The position numbers and the translations under genes were made by a program. A model generated the notes under the pieces. That model did not search any database. It saw nothing but the letters and a program-made list of their open reading frames with translations, and was not told the origin of the DNA. This document shows positions 31,388 to 40,261 of a DNA stretch of 64,000 nt, piece after piece (positions within the stretch are counted from its first letter, which is position 1; each line of letters starts with the position of its first letter). Source of the stretch: a bacterium (GTDB lineage: Bacteria > Patescibacteriota > Minisyncoccia > Phycocordibacterales > VMGT01); contig JAUYPI010000006.1 in assembly GCA_030697645.1 (NCBI GenBank), positions 12,017 through 76,016 on the forward strand, written 5' to 3'.

Positions 31388-32590
31388 TTACTTCGTCCCA
31401 ATCCCCACAATCGTAATCGTCCCATTATGGAACAGCGTCGGCTCGGGTGCAGTGCCGCCGCCGATCGCGTGTATCGCGGGCGCGTACTCGCCGTAGCTTG
31501 CAATGCCGAGAAGCGGCGTATCACGCCCCACGATATCAAGAATAGCGTTGGTTTCGTCTTTGATCATAGCACCGAGGAGTTTTTTGCGTGAGATGCTCTC
31601 AAAGACGAGGAGGAGTTTCAGCGAGACGTGTGAGCGCTTCAAGCGCTCCATCAGGCCCTCGGTCGCGGTGCATGCAGCAGTCAGCGCTTTTTCTTTGCTC
31701 CCGATCATGAGACGAACCCGAGCGCCCTCGGGTATTGCCGCGGCGAGAGTGAGCGAACCGTCTTCTTCTGCCCTGAGGGGATTTCGGATGAGGTACTCAT
31801 CGCTCACGCCAGTGCGGACGCCAAGTGGGTAGCCGAGTGCCGAATGTGCGAGTGGCTCGGCGCGAAGTTTTGATAGATCTTCCCCGAAATAGTCTTCGTA
31901 GATAGACGCAGCTCTCCTTCCCTCGAGTTCAAAAACGCGCGTACCTTCTGCGCGCGTTACTCTCTGCGGTATGCCGACCGGTATCCAGCCGCCTTCGACG
32001 CCGATGCCGAGCACGCATTCGCCTGAGATCGCACAACCGACAAGAGCGTCGTCTCCAACGAGAGCGTCCCGGTACTGGAACGTCCGCTCGAACGTGAGCT
32101 CATCACTTGCCGCCACTCCGGCAGCCGGTATATTCGCACCGAGCACACTCTGCAAGCCCCCGAGCACCTCGGCAGCGCCGCCTCGGAGCATATTAGCGAA
32201 GAGGAGGAGTCCGACGAGCTCCCCGGTGGCGAGTTCCCTGATTTCTTGCCCTACGAGGGCGCCTGCGGCGCGGGCGCCGTTTTTCATGAGCCCCATACCG
32301 GAGGCGAATGTGACTGAGTCGCTCTCGAGCGCGACGACCGCTACCGTCTGGTCAACGGGGCCTTCATTCGTGAGGATCCCCGTGGCTGAACAGCCGACAA
32401 GGGGAGCGTTGCCGCTTGCGTCCCGCACGCCGCGGACGAGCGCCTCCTGGTCGTAGAGTGTAGAAGCGAATACCAAAAGCTGCGTCGGCCGCTCAACCCC
32501 CGCCCTCTCAAGGGCGCTCTGAGCTGCCGCAAAACCCGCTTGGTGCGCGTCGTGTTCTTTGGCGGTGCCGACTCCGACGATGAGAGACAT
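31388..32590 (-). CDS. FIST-domain (FIST N + FIST C) sensory protein
   Basis: 400-aa Gly/Ala-rich two-lobed protein lying between RR and HK genes; FIST-like composition. Confidence 0.5.
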   Translation of the reverse strand: MSLIVGVGTAKEHDAHQAGFAAAQSALERAGVERPTQLLVFASTLYDQEALVRGVRDASGNAPLVGCSATGILTNEGPVDQTVAVVALESDSVTFASGMGLMKNGARAAGALVGQEIRELATGELVGLLLFANMLRGGAAEVLGGLQSVLGANIPAAGVAASDELTFERTFQYRDALVGDDALVGCAISGECVLGIGVEGGWIPVGIPQRVTRAEGTRVFELEGRRAASIYEDYFGEDLSKLRAEPLAHSALGYPLGVRTGVSDEYLIRNPLRAEEDGSLTLAAAIPEGARVRLMIGSKEKALTAACTATEGLMERLKRSHVSLKLLLVFESISRKKLLGAMIKDETNAILDIVGRDTPLLGIASYGEYAPAIHAIGGGTAPEPTLFHNGTITIVGIGTK

Positions 32591-32801
32591 GGGGGATGAT
32601 GGCGCAACCGCTCACGCCTTAAAATTTTGCGCTCGAGCTTCGGCGTTTAGAAATAACAGTCGCCTCATTGACGAAAAACGCATAACTCGCCTGCGGGCTC
32701 AAACAGATGCGTTTTTCTATTCGGCTCCTTTATTTCCAAAACGCCTCTCGCTATGCGCAAAATTTTAAGGCGTGAGCGGTTCCGGCGTGAGAGTGGTTTG
32801 A

Positions 32802-33272
32802 CTACGTAATTCCGAGCAACTGCTCTATCTTCGCCACGATCTCGTTCGGCGATGTGTTCGCTTTGACAGCGTAGTCCGCAGCCCCGATCTGCCTTGCTTT
32901 CTCAAGGTCGTCTCGTTGACCGAGATTGGAGAGAATAAGCACGGGGATATGTTTCATCTTTTCATTCGCCTTGATCTCGCGCAGGAGCACGAAGCCGTCC
33001 TCGCCGGGAAGGATGAGATCAAGGCAAACGAGATTGATCGGCTTTTCGGCAAGGAGTGCGCGACCCTCTTCGACCGTCTCCGCCCGAAAGACGGTAAATT
33101 TCTGATCGTGGAGCTTTCGCTCAAGCATGCCGCCGAGAAACGGGTCGTCTTCAACAACGAGGAGCACAGCGCGAGTCTCCTCAGGTGAGATTTCTCGTGG
33201 AGCATCGCCTGATCCTGCCACACTGTCCGCACCGGGACCGGTGGCGCTCTCTTGAATGCTGTCATCATTCAT
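32802..33272 (-). CDS. Response regulator, receiver domain only (CheY-like)
   Basis: LLVVEDDP...LDLILPGEDGF...PVLILSNLG...ADYAVK receiver motifs; ATG at 33272. Confidence 0.8.
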   Translation of the reverse strand: MNDDSIQESATGPGADSVAGSGDAPREISPEETRAVLLVVEDDPFLGGMLERKLHDQKFTVFRAETVEEGRALLAEKPINLVCLDLILPGEDGFVLLREIKANEKMKHIPVLILSNLGQRDDLEKARQIGAADYAVKANTSPNEIVAKIEQLLGIT

Positions 33273-33550
33273 AGAAGTATTGAGAGTATAACAAAGAGAG
33301 CGCACGGCGCACAAGGACACCCCTGTGTATAACGTGCGCTTGACAGGGGATGCAGGCCGCGTTACATTGTGATATAAGGTCAAAATGTTACATGTCAAAT
33401 GTCATGAACTCGGATTTCGAGCCCCGAATATTCGGATTTGGATAAGTCTTTTTTATCAGTTAATTTTTTACGCCGAGATCGCTTCGCACTGTCGTCCGCG
33501 CTCATCGAGGCGTCGGTAATTTCCGAAGCGATTCTCGCGTACCACATAGT

Positions 33551-34741
<1,191 letters not shown>

Positions 34742-34781
34742 CAATGGTAACCACCCACCAATAGTTCTGATTCGATTGGTC

Positions 34782-34910
34782 AAATTTTCAATTTTACAAT
34801 TTCCAATCAATTTTCAATGTGTCAATGACTCAATGACGGGCGAAGTCGTGTTTGAAAATTGGGTCATTGAAAATTCACTGAAAATTGAAAATTGTAAATT
34901 GAAAATTTCG
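34782..34910. repeat. Family-1 palindromic A-tract element (inverted orientation)
   Basis: ...caatgacgggcgaagtcgtgtttgaaaattggg... Confidence 0.85.
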
Positions 34911-34949
34911 AATGGGAGAGGTGGGTGGGCTTTTGCTTGATTTTTTGCC

Positions 34950-35318
34950 ATGGTTACTAAATCAACGGCTCCGCGTAAGCGCGCCGCGGCAGCGCGCAAA
35001 AAGGAGGAGGTTTCGCACAAGCTCCGCATTCGCATCCGCGCCTACGAGCACAAGATTCTTGACTCGTCCGTAAAGCAGGTCATGGACACCGCGCTTCGCT
35101 ACGATGCGCGGGTCGAGGGTCCGACGCCGCTTCCGGTTGAGATCAAAAAGTACACAGTCAACCGCTCATCGTTCGTGCACAAGAACGCGCGCGAGCAGTT
35201 CGAGATGCGCACGCACAAGCGCCTCATTGACATCCTCGACCCGGCGCCGAAGTTGATCGAAGCGCTTACGAATCTCACGTTGCCGTCGGGAGTGAATGTG
35301 GACGTGAAGATGATGTAA
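34950..35318 (+). CDS. rpsJ: Ribosomal protein S10 with short basic N-terminal extension
   Basis: LRIRIRAYEHKILDSSVKQVMDTA... typical S10. Confidence 0.92.
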   Translation: MVTKSTAPRKRAAAARKKEEVSHKLRIRIRAYEHKILDSSVKQVMDTALRYDARVEGPTPLPVEIKKYTVNRSSFVHKNAREQFEMRTHKRLIDILDPAPKLIEALTNLTLPSGVNVDVKMM

Positions 35319-35325
35319 AGGTTTG

Positions 35326-35436
35326 AGCTTTTAGCTTATAGCTGTTAGCTTTTAGGGGTTGTCGCGGCGTGCGCGAAGCACGCAATCGTTAGTCTGTCGT
35401 GCCTCTAAAAGCTATAAGCTAACAGCTAAGAGCTTT
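35326..35436. repeat. Family-2 palindromic element
   Basis: gagcttttagcttatagctgttagcttttagg...GC hairpin...ctctaaaagctataagctaacagctaagagc. Confidence 0.8.
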
Positions 35437-35441
35437 TTTGT

Positions 35442-36059
35442 ATGAAATTCATTCTTGCCACCAAACAGCACATGACCCAGCTCTTCGACGAGGACGGGCG
35501 TGCATACCCGGCGACTCTACTTACCGCTGGGCCGGTTACCGTGACGCAGACGAAGAGCAAAGAGCGCGATGGCTACCGTGCGGTGCAGGTGGGTTTCGGG
35601 GCTCAGAAAGCGCAGCGGCTCTCGGCGCAGCAGCGCGGGCACCTCAAGGGGCTCGGAGCGTTTCGGACGCTCCGCGAATTTCGCTTAGCCGAGAGTGAGG
35701 CCGCGCTTGAGCGCGGCGCGATGCTCGACGTCTCGCAGTTTGCTCCGGGAGAGCGCGTGCGGGTCTCCGCTACATCGAAAGGCAAGGGCTTTCAGGGAGT
35801 GGTGAAGCGCCACGGATTCAAGGGCGGGCCGAGGAGCCACGGCCAGAAGCACTCGGAGCGCGAGCCGGGCTCGATCGGCGGCGGGGGGCGAGCCGGCGGC
35901 CGCGTCGTAAAAGGGATGCGCATGGCGGGCCGCATGGGCGGCGATCGCGTCACGGTGCGCGGTCTTCGGGTGCTCGCGGTGGACCCCGAAGCGCACGAGC
36001 TTCTCCTCCGCGGCGCGGTCCCCGGGAGGCGCGGAACGCTTGTTGAGGTGAGGGGATAG
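35442..36059 (+). CDS. rplC: Ribosomal protein L3
   Basis: Typical L3 (GKGFQGVVKRHGF). Confidence 0.92.
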   Translation: MKFILATKQHMTQLFDEDGRAYPATLLTAGPVTVTQTKSKERDGYRAVQVGFGAQKAQRLSAQQRGHLKGLGAFRTLREFRLAESEAALERGAMLDVSQFAPGERVRVSATSKGKGFQGVVKRHGFKGGPRSHGQKHSEREPGSIGGGGRAGGRVVKGMRMAGRMGGDRVTVRGLRVLAVDPEAHELLLRGAVPGRRGTLVEVRG

Positions 36060-36295
36060 AGGACTCTGCATGGATTTTTTCAAAATAAGGAGAGAAAATA
36101 TACCGCCGAGCACTATAGCATAATTGCTACATGGCTCGAGCGGATAGCGGTATTGCTTCTTGCTTCGCTTGTAGTCCAAAAAATTGTTTCCGGCAGCTCG
36201 TTTGTTGACACGAGCGTGGCAGGTGGGGTTTTATTGTCAGGGGTTGTGTACTACGCGGCGCTTTTATTTTTACAGAACTCGTAGTATAGTACTCG

Positions 36296-36406
36296 TATGG
36301 TCTCGCAACTTCTCATTTATATTGGGGGGGCGCTCATTGCGGTGATGTTTATTATTTTGGCGTATCCAATGGAGGGAAAACATGGGCATGGACGCAGTTG
36401 ATAAGT
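36296..36406 (+). CDS. Tiny hydrophobic ORF (36 aa)
   Basis: MVSQLLIYIGGALIAVMFIILAYP...; speculative. Confidence 0.15.
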
Positions 36407-36578
36407 GTATACGAGAATGATATAAAGATTCATCCCCCGCCCGGAGGCGGGGGATCGTGTGAGGGGTGTGAGTAAGAGGCGTTGATGTCAGTTTGCCGCT
36501 TTTTTGGAAATCGAGCTTATCTCTGTCCAATAAAAATGACCATCACCCCTGGTGTAACGGCAAGTGGCGTAAGCATTA

Positions 36579-36719
36579 TATGCTGAAGAAAACACCTCGT
36601 GGGCAGTCGTACACAGTACCGTCTTTCAGTGTGATAGATGTTGGCTCCTTTCAGTCGGCGGTACATCCGACAACAAGTAACGCGAGCAATGCCGTAGCGA
36701 TACAAAACACTCTTTTCAT
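36579..36719 (-). pseudogene. Mini lipoprotein ORF interrupted by an in-frame TGA
   Basis: ggaaggg RBS, MKRVFCIATALLALLVVGCTAD (lipobox), TGA, then in-frame KEPTSITLKDGTVYDCPRGVFFSI*. Confidence 0.3.
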
Positions 36720-36809
36720 CGGTTTCCCTTCCATGTGATGCGAGTTATGTAGGCCAGTCTGGCTAGACCGACGTTTCGGGTTTCTACACGGAGAATTATA
36801 CAAAAATTT

Positions 36810-37475
36810 ATGCATGTCAAGTCTTATAGCCAAACAGGTGCAGAAGCGGGGACCATTGATCTTCCCGATGCCGTTTTTGCTCTGCCGTGGAACGCGGACC
36901 TCGTGCACCAGGTCGTGGTCGGCATGCAGGCGAATGCGCGCACGAATGTCGCGCACACCAAGGGTCGTGGCGAGGTGCGCGGCGGCGGGAAAAAACCCTG
37001 GAAGCAGAAGGGCACCGGCCGCGCGCGGCATGGCTCGATCCGCTCACCGCTCTGGAGGGGCGGTGGGGTGACGTTTGGTCCGACGAACGAGAAATCATAC
37101 ACACAGAAGATCAACCAGAAGATGCGCGTGAAAGCGCTGTTCACCGCGCTCTCGCAGAAGCTACGCGACGGCGAGATGCTTTTTGTGGACTCGCTCACGT
37201 TTCCCGCTCCGAAGACCGCCGACGCGAAGCGCACCGTGACGGCGCTTGCAGGTATTGAAGGGTTCGGGCGGCTCGCGACGAAGACCCGCAACACCGCCCT
37301 CCTTGCGCTCGCCCGTCGCGACGAGGCGGTCGAAAAAAGTTTCCGCAACTTCGGCAACATCAGTACGGTTGAAGCCCGCAACTTGAATCCGGTAGAGGCG
37401 TTGAAATATAAATATATAATCTTTACCGAACCGAGTGAGGTGTGTAAGATACTTGCCGAGCGACAGCGGCAGTAA
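36810..37475 (+). CDS. rplD: Ribosomal protein L4
   Basis: Typical L4 (KGRGEVRGGGKKPWKQKGTGRAR). Confidence 0.92.
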   Translation: MHVKSYSQTGAEAGTIDLPDAVFALPWNADLVHQVVVGMQANARTNVAHTKGRGEVRGGGKKPWKQKGTGRARHGSIRSPLWRGGGVTFGPTNEKSYTQKINQKMRVKALFTALSQKLRDGEMLFVDSLTFPAPKTADAKRTVTALAGIEGFGRLATKTRNTALLALARRDEAVEKSFRNFGNISTVEARNLNPVEALKYKYIIFTEPSEVCKILAERQRQ

Positions 37476-37479
37476 GAGA

Positions 37480-37613
37480 ATAATTTCCAATTTTCAATTT
37501 TGCAATTTTCAATCAATTTTCAATTATCTAATTTTCAAACACGAACGTCGCCGTGATTGAGTCATTGAAACATTGAAAATTTATTGAAAATTGAGCATTG
37601 AAAATTGAAAATT
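37480..37613. repeat. Family-1 palindromic A-tract element
   Basis: Same architecture. Confidence 0.85.
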
Positions 37614-37619
37614 TCACCT

Positions 37620-38027
37620 ATGGCTTTCTTCCGCAAAAAAATACAGACATCCGAGATACCCGCGACCGCAGCGGCGCGTGACGATGCGCCACAGCACGCC
37701 CCCGGTGTTTCGGAGCACAAGCGCGCTAGTGCGCCTCGGCTCGCCTCACGTCGGTCTCTCTCCGACGTCCTCATCCGCCCCCGCATTACCGAAAAAGGCA
37801 CGATTGTCTCCGCGCACCGAGCGTACGCCTTCAACGTCGCGCCGTGGGCGAACAAGTACGAGATTGCCGCGGCGGTCCGCGCGACGTATAAGGTGACGCC
37901 AGAGAAGGTCACGGTTGCTCGCATTCCCGCAAAGGCGCGTTTCGTGCGTGGCAAATGGGGTACGAAAGTCGGAGGGAAGAAAGCGTATATTTTCCTCAAA
38001 CAGGGAGAGAAGATAGAGTTTGTCTAA
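37620..38027 (+). CDS. rplW: Ribosomal protein L23 with N-terminal extension
   Basis: C-terminal part typical of L23 (KYEIAAAVRATYKVTPEKVTV...GKKAYIFL); ATG at 37620. Confidence 0.85.
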   Translation: MAFFRKKIQTSEIPATAAARDDAPQHAPGVSEHKRASAPRLASRRSLSDVLIRPRITEKGTIVSAHRAYAFNVAPWANKYEIAAAVRATYKVTPEKVTVARIPAKARFVRGKWGTKVGGKKAYIFLKQGEKIEFV

Positions 38028-38110
38028 TTTTACATTTGACATTTGACGTTCGATCCTTGCAGGGACATCCGTCGTGGTCAAATGTTAATTGTCAAAGGTC
38101 AAATGTTGGT
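38028..38110. repeat. Family-4 palindromic element (ACATTTGAC units)
   Basis: acatttgacatttgacg...GC core with cgtcg...ggtcaaatgttaattgtcaaaggtcaaatgt; related motif at 33385-33410. Confidence 0.65.
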
Positions 38111-38157
38111 ATTGGTTGAACTTCGGCATTAATTTTTGATTTTTGCATTAAGCATCT

Positions 38158-39003
38158 ATGAAAAGTTATCGTCCCACCACCCCATCCCGCCGCGCCATGT
38201 CGGTCGTGTCATATAAAAATACGCTGACCACCGCGCGGCCGCTGAAGCCGCTCGTCCGCGGCGGCAAGCGCCACGTTGGCCGAAATAAGGATGGCCGCAT
38301 CACCGTGCGCCACAAAGGCGGCGGCCATAAGCGGCGTTTTCGCGCGGTGGATTTTAGCTACGATAAGCATGACATCCCGGCGCGGATCGAGCACCTTGAA
38401 TACGACCCGAACCGCTCCGGCTTCATTGCGCGCCTCCTCTATGCGGACGGCGAGCGGCGCTATATCCTCGCGCCGCAGCGCGCAGCAGTGGGGGATAGCG
38501 TGCTTATCTCCGAGAGCGCGTCGGTTGTGACAGGAAACAGACTGCCGCTCGGAAAAATTCCTGTCGGCGCGTTTGTCCACGCGATCGAGCTCAAGCCCGG
38601 GGGCGGCGCGCGCCTCGCGCGGTCTGCCGGAAACTACGCGGAAGTGGTTGCGCAGGAGGGCGGCTACACGCACCTCAAGATGCCTTCGACTGAAATACGA
38701 AAGGTGCTCGGGGGCGCATGGGCTTCAATTGGTGAAGTCTCGAATTCCGAGCACCGTCAGAGAGTGTTCGGCAAGGCGGGCCGTTCGCGATGGCTCGGGA
38801 TTAGGCCCACCGTGCGCGGCAGTGCGATGAACCCAGTTGACCATCCGCACGGCGGCGGCGAGGGCCGCTCCGGCCGCGGCCGACGCCGTGCGGTCTCCGC
38901 GTGGGGAAAGCCCACCGGCAAGGGCCACAAGACCCGCCGTGCGAAGAAATACTCAAACGCCCACATCATCTCGCGTCGTCGTGTTGGCAAGAAACGTGGA
39001 TGA
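38158..39003 (+). CDS. rplB: Ribosomal protein L2
   Basis: Typical L2 (GGGHKRRFR, HPHGGGEGR). Confidence 0.95.
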   Translation: MKSYRPTTPSRRAMSVVSYKNTLTTARPLKPLVRGGKRHVGRNKDGRITVRHKGGGHKRRFRAVDFSYDKHDIPARIEHLEYDPNRSGFIARLLYADGERRYILAPQRAAVGDSVLISESASVVTGNRLPLGKIPVGAFVHAIELKPGGGARLARSAGNYAEVVAQEGGYTHLKMPSTEIRKVLGGAWASIGEVSNSEHRQRVFGKAGRSRWLGIRPTVRGSAMNPVDHPHGGGEGRSGRGRRRAVSAWGKPTGKGHKTRRAKKYSNAHIISRRRVGKKRG

Positions 39004-39090
39004 CGTGTTTAGAAAGTGGAAGGTGGAAAGTGGAGAGTAGACAGCGGCAACCAAAAACGAAAACCCACTTTCTACTCTCCCGTATGTTGT

Positions 39091-39534
39091 ATGGAACATC
39101 AAACAATCGCGGTGAAGGCGATGTGTCTTTTTGAACACGAAGGTAAGGTGCTGCTCTGCCGCGGCTACGATAAAGTCAAGGACGAGCACTTTTACCGGGT
39201 ACCGGGCGGGCACGTTGAGTTTGGGGAGCGGGCGGAGGAGGCGGTACGACGCGAGATTATAGAGGAGCTCGACTCGGAGATAGAGGATCTTGTGTTCGAG
39301 CGCGTTGTTGAAAACATTTTTGAATACCAAGGGGCGCCCGGACACGAAATCGTTTTCATGTATACCGGCCGCCTCGCGAACTCCGTGCTCCACACAAAAG
39401 ATGTGATTTCCTACGCCGAACATGACGGCTCTCAACACGAGGCAGTGTGGATTCCTGCGGCGGACATCCTCTCTGGCGCTGCACGCACCTATCCGACGTG
39501 CGATTATCGTTCCCCTTTGACGCAAGGAATTTAA
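39091..39534 (+). CDS. NUDIX hydrolase
   Basis: Nudix box GGHVEFGERAEEAVRREIIEELD. Confidence 0.8.
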   Translation: MEHQTIAVKAMCLFEHEGKVLLCRGYDKVKDEHFYRVPGGHVEFGERAEEAVRREIIEELDSEIEDLVFERVVENIFEYQGAPGHEIVFMYTGRLANSVLHTKDVISYAEHDGSQHEAVWIPAADILSGAARTYPTCDYRSPLTQGI

Positions 39535-39539
39535 TAAAA

Positions 39540-40260
39540 AGTGTTGGAAAAATATCGCGCGATTACGCTTTTTTTGTTGAGGCATATCTTTGTCTGATCG
39601 AACCAGGACGCGCACCACTCGGAAGTTTTGTTTTCTACCCCTTGTTTTTTGGTCCACTTTTTTGCAATAGCAATGCGACCGCTTTGTTATTGCAAATTCT
39701 TTAGACAGTAGACACGGTACCCCTATGCTGTACGTGAGACCCGCCCTGACAGAGTGTCGGGGCGGGTTCGGTGCAGGACACCTCCTTCCTGCTAAACCGC
39801 GTGGTGTCCGCGAGAGCGAAGACTGCGACAGAATAACTGATTTACGATAATTTACAATCGTGAATTATTGTAAATCGTATCTATGTGTCACGGCGGGTAC
39901 ATACACGGCAGTACTTGTGTAGGGTAAAGCACGCGTCGTCACGTCGTTGCGTCACGTCGTCACTATTGACGTTCTTTATTTTTTGATTGCTGGTGGGACC
40001 GAGGGCGTTCGCTCTCATCGTGTCCTTTATGTAGATACGCTAAAGGACATTGCGGTGTGTCCGATAGAAATCAATCAAAAAAGACGTAAAATTGTATGCA
40101 CGCAAACCTGACATAAAATAGGCTCGAATGTCCTTTAGAACATGCCTTTCCACCAAACAAAAAATGTTTTCTAACGATGAAAAACGCGGGTTTCTTCATT
40201 GACAGCGGTGTCTGGCTCATTAGAGTGTGGTTACTTTCGGATTGCGTCCGCTCCGTAACC
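39540..40260. promoter_or_regulatory. Complex non-coding region with multiple palindromes and GTCACGTCGT direct repeats
   Basis: ttgcaatagcaa...ttgttattgcaa; aatttacaatcgtgaattattgtaaat; gtcacgtcgt x2 followed by gtcactattgacg; gtcctttatgtagatacgctaaaggac. Confidence 0.4.
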
Positions 40261-40261
40261 T

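Noticed and set aside
36144-36287. Membrane peptide in the frame continuing after the rplC stop (LERIAVLLLASLVVQKIVSGSSFVDTSVAGGVLLSGVVYYAALLFLQNS)
   Set aside because: No ATG/GTG start with RBS; only a possible TTG start; too speculative to call
39740-39830. rRNA 3' end or SRP/tmRNA gene suggested by CACCTCCTT and GGAAGGAGG-like strings
   Set aside because: No flanking 16S-like sequence (ggatcacctcctt context absent), no tRNA-like domain for tmRNA, and the SRP helix-8 GGAA/AGCAG arrangement does not fit
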